Under the pieces are notes generated by a model. The model worked only from the letters and a program-made list of their open reading frames with translations, had not been told where the DNA came from and made no database searches. Below, piece after piece: positions 1 to 8,995 of a DNA stretch of 64,000 bases (position 1 is the stretch's first letter; each line of letters begins with the position of its first letter). Both the position numbers and the translations under genes were made by a program. The DNA comes from Candidatus Nomurabacteria bacterium (GTDB taxonomy: Bacteria; Patescibacteriota; Minisyncoccia; Phycocordibacterales; UBA918): positions 139,388-203,387 of the forward strand of contig CP060229.1 in NCBI GenBank assembly GCA_023898585.1. Direction: 5' to 3'.

Positions 1-268
1 GGTCTCTCTGTATCACAATATCATCAATCTCGTCGGGGAGATAAGTCGCGAGTCTATTTTCAGAATCTCCCGAAACGCCATCGGTTTTTCTGACCATGGA
101 AGCAAGTTTTTCATTGACCGAGGCAACTTTGTCATGTTCGGTTTTGTAGACCTCAATTCTATCTTGAATGACACTGATATTATCGAAAGTGGGTTTAATA
201 AAGGCCATGATTATACCCACTGAAAGGACAATCATGCTAATTTGTGAAAATAATCCTTTAGGTATCAT
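1..268 (-). CDS. Partial 5' end of a membrane protein (start near 268, runs off the window edge). Possibly a PilO-like pilus assembly component, since it lies downstream of the pilM/pilN-like genes.
   Basis: Reverse-strand translation MIPKGLFSQISMIVLSVGIIMAFIKPTFDNISVIQDRIEVYK... has one N-terminal TM helix. It abuts the stop of the upstream gene. Confidence 0.3.
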   Translation of the reverse strand, partial: MIPKGLFSQISMIVLSVGIIMAFIKPTFDNISVIQDRIEVYKTEHDKVASVNEKLASMVRKTDGVSGDSENRLATYLPDEIDDIVIQRD

Positions 269-969
269 ATGTCATCGTTATTATCTTCTAGAAATCCTTC
301 CGAAACCGGTCTCGTTATGATCAATGGCCTGCTTTCATACTCGTCAACCACATACGGGACTTCTGAAAGCGGGATTTTCAATTCGGCGGTAAAGCTGACC
401 GGTTTATCTGAAACAACTTCATCGCTTCCCGCAGAATCGGCGCCACTCTCAGCAAATAACGCATTGTTCAATTCGTCGATAACGACCGACTCGATGATTG
501 TCTCGCCCAGGTAAACCGTGCGCTGAAAAATGGTGGAATCGAGCGAATCCGTCTCCACCGACGCCTTTAAAAGAAAATTACTGTCTCCTTCTCGGGTCAA
601 ATCCAGAGAACTTATCTTGATAGTATCGACTGTAGTAGCTTCTAGGATAGCAAATACCGACGATAACGATACGCTGTTGTAAAGCCTTGCCGATGCCTGC
701 TTAACTCTGGAATCAAACTCTAGCACTCTATACATTTCAGCCTCATTAAAACCACTGATAGCTTCGTTGAATTTAATAACCTCGGCATCCATCTGTTTTT
801 CTATGTAGTCGTGATAAAAATAAATTCCGCCGGAGGCAAGTAGGGTCGCGAACAAAAACACGTAGCTGATTATAGTAAATACATATATCTGTCGTGAAGA
901 CGAGACTCTTCTCTTTTTGACAGCACCTTGTTTGGGTATGAATGAATTACTATTAGAAAGATCTGGCAT
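265..969 (-). CDS. PilN-like bitopic membrane protein (type IV pilus assembly), hypothetical
   Basis: 234-aa ORF with a basic N-terminus, one TM helix (IYVFTIISYVFLFATLLASGGIYF) and an acidic C-terminus. It sits immediately downstream of pilM on the same strand. Confidence 0.35.
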   Translation of the reverse strand: MPDLSNSNSFIPKQGAVKKRRVSSSRQIYVFTIISYVFLFATLLASGGIYFYHDYIEKQMDAEVIKFNEAISGFNEAEMYRVLEFDSRVKQASARLYNSVSLSSVFAILEATTVDTIKISSLDLTREGDSNFLLKASVETDSLDSTIFQRTVYLGETIIESVVIDELNNALFAESGADSAGSDEVVSDKPVSFTAELKIPLSEVPYVVDEYESRPLIITRPVSEGFLEDNNDDI

Positions 970-1023
970 ACTTGTTATTATACTTGCAAAACAAGCTCAA
1001 GAAAGATCAGGCTGTGGACACTC

Positions 1024-1134
1024 TAGATCATGTCCAAAAATCATACACAAAAGAGTAAATTCCTGTCTAACATTTTGTTCCGGCTCGTCGGTTTGCAAAC
1101 CTTTGGAGCTCGGAGGGTTTTTGGACATGCTCTA
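1024..1134. repeat. MITE copy 1 (internally deleted, about 111 bp) with terminal inverted repeats TAGA(g/t)CATGTCCAAAAA... and ...GGGTTTTTGGACATGCTCTA
   Basis: Same termini and internal segment (ttgttccggctcgtcggtttgcaaa ... cctttggagctcggagggtttttggacatgctcta) as the copies at 6343-6541 and 39243-39438. The sequence between the two internal tttgcaaa repeats is missing. Confidence 0.6.
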
Positions 1135-2226
1135 CTCAAAACCCCTCATCGCGGCTCCCAAGGCTACCGAGAAAGAAGGTCCTATTTCACGTAGCGTATC
1201 TTGCATAAACGCCGGATAAGCGACCTTCGAAAAGGGATTTACCATTGTCACGTCCCTGTTAAGAACTTCTTTTAAGTGAATGTCAGTCCCGGGAAACAGC
1301 GAGCCACCGCCTGACAAATGTATCACGTTGAATTCAACTCCGGTTCTACCTTCATACTCACGTATTACTTGTCCAAACTCTCTGAAAGCCCTGTCGTAAC
1401 TTCCATCGTACACTCGCTTTAATTCGGAAAAATTACTCGACTTTCTGTCCGCAGACAACTTCATTTCCTCGGCTTCTTCGAAGCTTACTTGCAAGACTTC
1501 AGCGATCTTTTCAGTAGCAATCGCACCTCCGGCTCGAATGCGATACATTCGCATAAGAAGACCTTTTCGAACAATGTATAATTTTGAAGAATTCGCTCCG
1601 ATGTCTATCACAGCGACGTTTTCTTCGTCGTTACTGTATAAACCTCTGATGGTACTGAAGCATTCTATTTCTGTTGGGGGTTTATTCAAACCGGCAAACT
1701 GCATGAGGATCTTATATCGCTCCAAAGCAGAGTTTTGAATGGCGGCGATGAGGATATTACGTTTGTTCTCATTACCCTTCTTCTCCTCTTTCGTTATCTC
1801 CACCTCAGCCCAGTCAAGCGTAACTTCACTCAGTGAAGCGGGGATAACCTTACGAGCCTCCACTCTTACCATAGCGGACAAGTCTGCGTCGGGATCAGCT
1901 TCAAAACTGACATTGGTAACAAAACTGGATGAAAGAGGCATGGAAAAAACGGCATTTCGCGCCTTGACGGCCGATTCGCGAATAACATCAACCAAAGCTT
2001 CTTGCTCTTGTCTTGCGCCCAAAGAGACAGATTCTCCTATTTTCTTTCCGACATAGGGTCCAAGCTGAACCTCACCGTAAGTGGTCAATGTAACCACCCC
2101 CTTTCTGTCTTGAAGCTCTACCACTTTCATAGAAGAAGACCCGATATCAACACCTACCACGCCCTCCGCTTCGGATATATGATCTTCGTTTTTATGTGAG
2201 GAAAAAATACTGCTTAGTAATGTCAT
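1132..2226 (-). CDS. pilM: Type IV pilus assembly protein PilM (actin-like ATPase fold)
   Basis: 364 aa. N-terminal VVGVDIGSSSMKVVEL and a later VIDIGANSSKLYIV match the paired actin-fold phosphate motifs of PilM/FtsA-like proteins. Confidence 0.75.
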   Translation of the reverse strand: MTLLSSIFSSHKNEDHISEAEGVVGVDIGSSSMKVVELQDRKGVVTLTTYGEVQLGPYVGKKIGESVSLGARQEQEALVDVIRESAVKARNAVFSMPLSSSFVTNVSFEADPDADLSAMVRVEARKVIPASLSEVTLDWAEVEITKEEKKGNENKRNILIAAIQNSALERYKILMQFAGLNKPPTEIECFSTIRGLYSNDEENVAVIDIGANSSKLYIVRKGLLMRMYRIRAGGAIATEKIAEVLQVSFEEAEEMKLSADRKSSNFSELKRVYDGSYDRAFREFGQVIREYEGRTGVEFNVIHLSGGGSLFPGTDIHLKEVLNRDVTMVNPFSKVAYPAFMQDTLREIGPSFSVALGAAMRGFE

Positions 2227-2277
2227 AAATAAAACTCATAATTATTCTACCATGAGAAATCGGTTATACTTAACTTT

Positions 2278-2886
2278 ATGAAGCAGTTACTAACAGGGAT
2301 TATTGACTTCGTCTTTCCCCCGTCGCCGGCCGGAGAATCCTTAAGGTCACTAAAACCAGATGCCGTGAAATCCCTTTATCAGCCCGGTATGTACAGGGAT
2401 ATTCATTACCTCGCCGACTACTCAAATCAGATAGTACGAAACGCCATTCTTGAGAATAAATTTCATAATAATATAAAAGCCACTCGTGTCCTTGCTAAAT
2501 TACTTGAGCAATGGTCACAGAACCAGACCAGCGCGACTATTTATGTACCTGTGCCTTTGGGCAAAAAAAGGTTTCGCGAAAGAGGTTACAACCAGATGGA
2601 GAATATTTTACTCGCAGTTCACTCAAGACTTGCCATCGAGAAAAATCTCATCAAACGGGTGGTGGAAACGGCTCCTCAGTCACATTTAGATAAAAATGCC
2701 AGAAAAAAGAATGTCCGAAACGCTTTTTCTTTTATTGGAAGTAATGTGATTTTTGAAAAAGGAGCACAATTGGTGTTGATTGATGACGTGGTCACAACCG
2801 GAGAAACGTTGCTGGAAGCAAGAAATACTCTAGTGCCAAATTTACCCCGAGGTGTCACTCTGAAATGTCTCGCTATAGCTCATTAA
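2278..2886 (+). CDS. comF: ComF-family phosphoribosyltransferase-domain protein (competence protein ComFC-like)
   Basis: 202 aa. C-terminal PRTase motif LVLIDDVVTTGETL. The size and neighbourhood (pilus genes) are typical of ComFC. Confidence 0.7.
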   Translation: MKQLLTGIIDFVFPPSPAGESLRSLKPDAVKSLYQPGMYRDIHYLADYSNQIVRNAILENKFHNNIKATRVLAKLLEQWSQNQTSATIYVPVPLGKKRFRERGYNQMENILLAVHSRLAIEKNLIKRVVETAPQSHLDKNARKKNVRNAFSFIGSNVIFEKGAQLVLIDDVVTTGETLLEARNTLVPNLPRGVTLKCLAIAH

Positions 2887-2955
2887 TGTTTAACAAGATG
2901 AGTTATAAAAAAGCCGGTTGCACGCAACCGGCTTTCTGCAAAAGTGATTTTAGAC

Positions 2956-3546
2956 TCAGTTGAAGAAGACTTGATTTCTGCCCCTCCCCTTGGCTTGGTA
3001 CAAGGCCTGATCCGCTAATCCCAGCAAATCTGAATTGGTATACGAACATGTCCAAGCACCGCCGATACTGATGGTGACCCGAGATAATCCTTTAATTTTC
3101 GGATCGAGTGATTCGACGGCAAGCCGAATCTTCTCAGCTGTTTCAATCGCTCCTTTCTTGTCGACGTCGACCAAGACAAAGGCGAACTCCTCTCCACCGA
3201 TCCTACCAATCAAATCGGTTCTGCGAATTACCCTTTTCATGGAACTTGCTACAGCTTTTAAAACTTCATCCCCTCCCTTATGAGTGAATCGGTCGTTAAC
3301 ACTTTTGAAAAAGTCTATGTCGGCACAAAGGACTGCGAGACCCTTTCTCTTAAAACGAGACAGCAAGTTGACCTCTCGGAACATGTTGCTAAAGAAGGAA
3401 CGCCTATTCGGAAGACCAGTTAAAAAATCGGTACCAGCAACCTTCTTGAGAAGGCAAATTCTCCTTCTCTGTTCCCAGACGACCACAAGCAGAAATACAA
3501 TAACGACTCCAAGTACAACATTAAAAACGTACGATAAGTGGCTCAC
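2956..3546 (-). CDS. GGDEF-domain diguanylate cyclase with a single N-terminal TM helix
   Basis: 196 aa with motifs LTGLPNRR, ADIDFFKSVND, RIGGEEF (GGEEF active site) and YQAKGRGRN. Confidence 0.8.
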   Translation of the reverse strand: MSHLSYVFNVVLGVVIVFLLVVVWEQRRRICLLKKVAGTDFLTGLPNRRSFFSNMFREVNLLSRFKRKGLAVLCADIDFFKSVNDRFTHKGGDEVLKAVASSMKRVIRRTDLIGRIGGEEFAFVLVDVDKKGAIETAEKIRLAVESLDPKIKGLSRVTISIGGAWTCSYTNSDLLGLADQALYQAKGRGRNQVFFN

Positions 3547-3634
3547 GACACACCCCCCCCAAAGAACCTAAAAAAATAATTTATTCACTTTTACTACAAA
3601 ACAGTTGGTTTATCAATATCGCCCCTTCTAGTTC

Positions 3635-5458
3635 TTATTGGTCACTTTGCATAAAACTAAACTTACTCCATTTTACACTTTCCACAAAATCAACTTCCGA
3701 GGCGATGCTTACCTCGCCGGTTTCTTCATCGCTCTTCAAGAAATAAACAAACTTCAATTCCGGATCGGGCATATTCTTCTCGTTCACATACTTATTAGCC
3801 ATATCTAGAGGTGAAACGATTTTTCTGCCGTTTACCACAGAAGTTTCGAAGTGGAGACCGTTTTTCTCAGGCAAGCGTTCAAAATATGCGTCGTACACCA
3901 ACTCCGAACAAACTAGCGCGTCACGAGTATCAAAATCAAAATTGAAGTCATACGGTTTGCCCATATTAGCAAAAGCCTTTAACAAAGCTTGCAGGATGTC
4001 AGATTTGTTCAAATTTGGTCTTAAGACCACCACAAAATCCGCGTTAGCCGATTTTACCAACGTCTGTAGAACCACTCCCGGCTCAATGGCTTCCACCACC
4101 TTAACCGACTCGCCATTCGAAGTTTTATCCTTGAATTTCTCATAGACTTCCGGTGTTACACTGGCCATTAATTCGGACAGACTGTCGTAACCGTCATAGG
4201 GAAATTCCGAAGCAAAGTATTCATCCATCGTCTCAAGGTCTCCGGTATACAGAGCACTGTGTGTCCAAAAACCGGGAATACCCACGTTGCTTACATGCCA
4301 ATTACGCCGTTGCAACATAATGTCCCCAGGCAACATCTTCTTCTCCATCAGTAAAATATTCTCTTCTTTTATCAACCCCTCTTTGCCTCTAGTCGAAATT
4401 ATCGCTCTCCCCATGGCGGTTGCTACCACTTTTTGAATCGGAAACCATGCGTCAAATAAATTTTGCTCAATACTATCCGACAACGCATCAGGTGCCTGCA
4501 GTAAAGTTTCTCCGAAATTTGAACTCAAGTACTCATAACTTTCATATGCCTTGTCTCGCAAAAGGACAAACGAGTAATTGTCCATATCATCGTCACCGAT
4601 CATTGTCGACTGATACAAGTACCCTCCGGTCAGACGCACTCTGGTTTTCGGTTCATAGAATCTGGACACCATTTCGGTGTAAATATTCCCCCTCCCAACA
4701 GAAGGCACTGTTTGGTTTAGAGCTTTTTTCTTGTGTTCACTACCATCAACCACCATCATCATGCGGTGTATGATTTCGTATTTTTTGATATACAAACTAT
4801 AAGAAATAAGGAACGAGGTCAGTCGTGTGTTCCATAATCGATACGGAATACCGGCATAATATCGATGTTCGTCGGTTAAAGACTCCGAATAAACAACAGC
4901 CTGGATAAAGTCATCGAAGGCCAGTGCTATATCTTCCGTGGCATTTACATCCGTTTTTTCCGTCGACAAAACTTCCAATAAATCATTGCCGGTCGACTCT
5001 AAGTAATCCATGGCGGTAACCGATAGATATAGATCATCCTGAACTCTGCTTTCAATTTCAACATCTGTCATGTCGGCAAACGGTCGATAGTCAAGTGGGC
5101 GCACCCACAAGAACACAGCGGAAACCAACAACAAAAGTGTCGCCAGGATAATCCTCCGGTGTTCTTTTTTTATAAAATCTTTAGCCAGACCGTAAGAGTG
5201 ATAGCGACGCCAAGTATCTCTACTCAAATAAATTCTGTAAACAAACGGTATGTAAGAGAGTATATATAGGGTGACCCCGATCACAACATGAAAGGGGTAA
5301 AACAACTGAGTACCGACAACCGCGAGAGAGGCCAGCGTTATCAAGGCTGATTCCAAAAACAACCGCACGAGTTGGCGACGGCGCTTTTGTAAAGCCTGCA
5401 CCATATCGCCGGTAGTGTTGACCACTCTCTCCTTATGCCGACGAAACCAAGCCATCAT
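3635..5458 (-). CDS. Large membrane-anchored protein with a C-terminal permuted papain-like (YaeF/YiiX, NlpC/P60-superfamily) domain
   Basis: 607 aa. The N-terminus has about 3 TM helices. The C-terminal third carries LPGDIML...WHVSNVGIP...HSALYTGD followed by DALVCSELVYDAYF, matching the conserved His then Cys order of permuted papain-fold amidases and acyltransferases. Confidence 0.5.
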   Translation of the reverse strand: MMAWFRRHKERVVNTTGDMVQALQKRRRQLVRLFLESALITLASLAVVGTQLFYPFHVVIGVTLYILSYIPFVYRIYLSRDTWRRYHSYGLAKDFIKKEHRRIILATLLLLVSAVFLWVRPLDYRPFADMTDVEIESRVQDDLYLSVTAMDYLESTGNDLLEVLSTEKTDVNATEDIALAFDDFIQAVVYSESLTDEHRYYAGIPYRLWNTRLTSFLISYSLYIKKYEIIHRMMMVVDGSEHKKKALNQTVPSVGRGNIYTEMVSRFYEPKTRVRLTGGYLYQSTMIGDDDMDNYSFVLLRDKAYESYEYLSSNFGETLLQAPDALSDSIEQNLFDAWFPIQKVVATAMGRAIISTRGKEGLIKEENILLMEKKMLPGDIMLQRRNWHVSNVGIPGFWTHSALYTGDLETMDEYFASEFPYDGYDSLSELMASVTPEVYEKFKDKTSNGESVKVVEAIEPGVVLQTLVKSANADFVVVLRPNLNKSDILQALLKAFANMGKPYDFNFDFDTRDALVCSELVYDAYFERLPEKNGLHFETSVVNGRKIVSPLDMANKYVNEKNMPDPELKFVYFLKSDEETGEVSIASEVDFVESVKWSKFSFMQSDQ

Positions 5459-5463
5459 GTTAT

Positions 5464-6315
5464 CTAATCATTTAAAATACCGATCGAACGTCGCAAGTCT
5501 TGACTGTATGTCTCACTCTTAACATCAACTTTGCTGTTATCTATGAAATGGTTTTTCTTGACTTCCGCAAAAGGCAAGCTCGAATCTATCAACTCTAGCT
5601 CGTAAAGAATTTCGTCAAAGAAACCGGGCAGAATAGTCTTCCAAGTCAGAGGAAAATCCACGTCAGACATCTTCTCGACCGGCCGGGTGAGTTCATTGGT
5701 GCAATTATGTGTGAGAGTGTTGTACATGCGGGGAGATTCATAAACATCATTCACTTCACGGGCAATCAGATTAAACAATTCGCGTGCTTGGTCTGGAGTG
5801 GCCTTGGTGGGATACAAGTATACTCTTTCGTTGCGATGTCCGGTTCTTACACCAACAATGTCCTCTTCGGAACCGACCACGTAGATGATTTCAAATTGTC
5901 TCAGTATTCCCAAGAGTGGTGAAAAAGTCTCATCCGACTCGCGTCTGGTTTCAAGAGAAACCACTATATTCTTACCGTCGACAAAACCGAAACTCAGGAA
6001 GATGTGGGCGAGACCCTCGAAGTCATCAAAGTGTGAAATAAAAACATCGACTCCGGTCATCTCATCGAGATCGAAAGTGCGGATTTCGTACTTAACATCG
6101 GCCGATTTGACCGCCGTCCATTCAAAATTTCTGTAGTTATCTATTGTGATCTCGTTACCGGCAGAAGAATAGGAAACGTGTGGCAAAGCCTCATGACCCA
6201 ACTCCCAATCGCGCTCGTGCGAGGGGCGAAATAAAACCAGTAAGAGTAAATAAAATAATAAAACAGCAACAGCAAAGTATGCTAGCCAACGAAGCCATCT
6301 GTGTTTTTTAAACAT
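5464..6315 (-). CDS. DUF4105-like membrane-anchored protein (Lnb-like family). The start is most likely the internal Met (MFKKHRWLRW...).
   Basis: N-terminal TM helix, then a domain ending in YNTLTHNCTNELTRPV (the NCT motif typical of DUF4105). The ORF-track N-terminal extension to 6429 runs through MITE sequence and is probably not coding. Confidence 0.45.
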   Translation of the reverse strand: MFKKHRWLRWLAYFAVAVLLFYLLLLVLFRPSHERDWELGHEALPHVSYSSAGNEITIDNYRNFEWTAVKSADVKYEIRTFDLDEMTGVDVFISHFDDFEGLAHIFLSFGFVDGKNIVVSLETRRESDETFSPLLGILRQFEIIYVVGSEEDIVGVRTGHRNERVYLYPTKATPDQARELFNLIAREVNDVYESPRMYNTLTHNCTNELTRPVEKMSDVDFPLTWKTILPGFFDEILYELELIDSSLPFAEVKKNHFIDNSKVDVKSETYSQDLRRSIGILND

Positions 6316-6342
6316 CACTTTATTGTACGCCAGTTTAGTACC

Positions 6343-6541
6343 TAGAGCATGTTGAAAAAACTCTACACAAAAGAATAAGTTGTTGTCTAATATTTTGTTC
6401 CGGCTCGTCGGTTTGCAAAATTTGGTCAAAAAACCGCTATAATTTCTTGCCGTACATCAGTATGGCTCGAAATTCTATCAATTTTTTGTCTCAAATTTTG
6501 CAAACCTTTTGGAGCTCGAAAGGTTTTTAACCATGCTCTAC
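6343..6541. repeat. MITE copy 2 (about 199 bp, degenerate termini)
   Basis: About 90% identical by eye to copy 3 across cggctcgtcggtttgcaaaatttggtcaaaaaaccgctataatttcttgccgtacatcagtatggctcgaaattctatcaattttttgtctcaaattttgcaaacc. The termini are gagcatgttgaaaaaactctacac and ggtttttaaccatgctcta. Confidence 0.6.
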
Positions 6542-6806
6542 CGTGAATCCATAAACTCATCCGCCCTTATGTAGAACCATAATAATGGGTATCGTAACCG
6601 TTTCGGGTTCGGTGATACAAGGTGGTCTACCGGTACGATATACAATGGTTGGGATATGGCTATCTACCCAACAGTACAAATCCACGATATGCTGTGAAGA
6701 CAAAAAGAGCATAGTACGTTGTATTAAGTTGGTACTTATATATCGTACGTGCTCTTTTTGTGTTATGTGGCCTTAATTAACAAGTTTGGAGTTTATGGAT
6801 TCACGG
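6541..6806. repeat. About 265-bp fold-back element with nested inverted repeats. Either a second MITE-like family or a structured ncRNA.
   Basis: The outer 19-bp perfect inverted repeat is ACCGTGAATCCATAAACTC (6541-6559) with GAGTTTATGGATTCACGGT (6788-6806). Inner inverted repeats are caaaaagagcatagtacg/cgtacgtgctctttttg and ggtacgatata/tatatcgtac. There is no ORF. Confidence 0.5.
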
Positions 6807-6898
6807 TCTGCTGAATTGACGGTTTTCGTTTATAACGTGTGGTATATTTACCTGGTATTCTAAATTATAAAAAATTTATTACTTAACCCCAGCTATAT

Positions 6899-8404
6899 AT
6901 GAGCAACAACAATCAACAATTGCTCGATTACATTAAAGATCAATTAAGGGCGGGTTTTCCCGTAGAATCCATCAAGAGGTTATTACTAGAGAACGATTGG
7001 GCGGAAGACGTAGTCACGGAAGCTTTTTCCGAGTTGGGCATAGAAGTGGCAGTTGGTAATGAACACGAGAATTCATTAGATGGAACATTTTCCGTGAATG
7101 AAAAAATTCGCGAGAAAAACTTTGCCCGAGAAAACCTAACCATGGACAAAATAATCGAGAAGTTCATACCGATTGCGGGTGCGATTTTTCTTATTGTTGG
7201 TTTTGGATACTTAATCTACGCGAACGCGTGGGTTCATTTACCAATGGAAATAAGGATCGGCTTAGGTTTCTTCTTTAGCGTCGTAATCATCGGTGGTTCA
7301 TTCTCCTTTTCCGAAAAGATGCGATATTTCGCCGATATCGGAATCGGTTCCGGAGTCCTGTTGCTCTACGCCACTTTGATTTTTGGCTCAAGAACAACCG
7401 AGCTGGCGACTGATTTTGTAATCCCGGAAATAGTGACACTTTACACAGCGGTAATGTTCACTGTCGCCATCTCTTATTTTGCTTCAAAAAGAAATTCGAA
7501 AGTTATATTGATGCTAGGAATGATTGGTGCCTACATCACACCTTTCGTGATCGGACAAAATGATGTCTGGGTAAATAACGTTTCGTTTAATGCTTATTTG
7601 ATATATTTCTTTGCGGTGAATGTTTCCGTTTTCTTGATGGGAAGGGAAATTTCAGTACGTGACATCATACCTTTAAACATAATCGGTTTGTTTATAGGTG
7701 TTTCAACTCTATGGGGACTTGCCGCCTCAGAAGGCATTAATGCGACTAGGGCAGATAACTTCTTCACCAGTGAGTTGGTAACAGCGATATTATTCTTGGC
7801 ACTGGTGGTATTCTCCATCTGGAGCATTCTACTTTCCGCTAAAAGATTCAGTGAGAAAGACGACGGTTATTTGTCTCTCGGTTATTTGGCGCCGATTATC
7901 TGGTTTGCCTACAACGTAGGCAACCTGGATTCCGTCAATGACGTGACGGTTGGAATTCTATATGCCGTCATCGCCATTTCCTGTTTTGTGGGGTGGCACG
8001 TCTTGCTTGGTACCCAAACCAGATTCCAACACACTGCCTTGTATGCCGCCGGTCTACTCTCCGCCTTTCTGGCTGTTTTTGCCTTTTTCGAAGAATTCGA
8101 TATCTATACCAGCATGCTAATTGCTTACTCCAGCCTTATTTTCGGCGTCCTGCATATCGTCGACTCCGGAAAATCAGAGCGTTATATCAGCTACATCATA
8201 GTTTCATTAGCCGGATCAATTCTCTCCATTCAGCACATACTGGAAGCCAACGTACAGTACGAAACATTCCTAATCGTAGTCTCACTCTTGCCAGCCATGA
8301 TTGGCTGGGTACAAAGGCCACGGGTACGGTCAGTCTCCTTGAACACAACAAACTCAAGAAGGAAAACGAACAACTCAAACAAATCATCGGTGACCTCACC
8401 ATAA
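6899..8404 (+). CDS. Polytopic membrane protein (about 12 TM helices, short cytoplasmic N-terminal domain). Its 3' end is fused to and disrupted by an IS3 fragment.
   Basis: 501-aa ORF. The last roughly 35 codons (VQRPRVRSVSLNTTNSRRK...) are read from IS3 orfA sequence in another frame, so the native C-terminus is lost. Confidence 0.5.
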   Translation: MSNNNQQLLDYIKDQLRAGFPVESIKRLLLENDWAEDVVTEAFSELGIEVAVGNEHENSLDGTFSVNEKIREKNFARENLTMDKIIEKFIPIAGAIFLIVGFGYLIYANAWVHLPMEIRIGLGFFFSVVIIGGSFSFSEKMRYFADIGIGSGVLLLYATLIFGSRTTELATDFVIPEIVTLYTAVMFTVAISYFASKRNSKVILMLGMIGAYITPFVIGQNDVWVNNVSFNAYLIYFFAVNVSVFLMGREISVRDIIPLNIIGLFIGVSTLWGLAASEGINATRADNFFTSELVTAILFLALVVFSIWSILLSAKRFSEKDDGYLSLGYLAPIIWFAYNVGNLDSVNDVTVGILYAVIAISCFVGWHVLLGTQTRFQHTALYAAGLLSAFLAVFAFFEEFDIYTSMLIAYSSLIFGVLHIVDSGKSERYISYIIVSLAGSILSIQHILEANVQYETFLIVVSLLPAMIGWVQRPRVRSVSLNTTNSRRKTNNSNKSSVTSP

Positions 8405-8995
8405 AAATGTCCATTGAGGCTAAAAAGGGGCTCTCCAAGGGATGGTGATCGGTTATTCACGTACGCATCACTATTATCACCATAAACAACCTCAAAAGGA
8501 TTGGCACACCAAGCAACTGATTGAGGCTGTGTTACGTGAGCACCCAGGCTATGGCCACAAGCGCTTGGCCACACACCTCAAGATCAACAAGAAACGAGTG
8601 CTGAGAGTTATGAAGTTGTTTGGTATTAAACCATACCGGAGAACTACTCCTAAAGTGTTTAAAAGCCTAAAGGTAGTGTGTTTCCCAACTATTTAATGAG
8701 TGAGGAACCACGAGGGCCAGGTGATATATATGCCTCAGACTTCACCTATCTTAAATATCGAGGAAAGTGGTTGTATGTGGCTACAGTACTCGATACGTAC
8801 ACTAGAGATAGTTGGTGTATCGATATTGACAACACATCAGACACAGCTCGTCATTAACGCTTTGGCTTCAGCAGTGCTCCATCGAGCTCCTCCACGGATT
8901 ATTCATTCCGATCAAGGGAGTGAGTACTGCTCAAAAGACTACACTGCCTTAACCCAAAAGCTTGGTATCAAACAGTCCATGAGTGCCCCCCGGTC
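8295..8995 (+). mobile_element. Decayed internal fragment of the IS3-family element (3' part of orfA plus a frameshifted, truncated orfB). Both ends are missing.
   Basis: The encoded WLGTKATGTVSLLEHNKLKKENEQLKQIIGDLTIKMSIEAKKGLSKGW and MVIGYSRTHHYYHHKQPQKDWHTKQ... are near-identical to the intact copy at 17424-18549. The orfB region has several frame breaks and stops after ...SMSAP. Confidence 0.75.

Noticed and set aside
5464-6429. N-terminal extension of the DUF4105 ORF to 6429
   Set aside because: The first about 38 codons are MITE sequence. The internal Met followed by a TM helix is the plausible start.
6541-6806. tmRNA, considered because smpB is in the window
   Set aside because: No tRNA-like acceptor or T-arm (GGTTCGA...CCA), and no resume-codon tag ORF. 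The structure is a symmetric fold-back instead.
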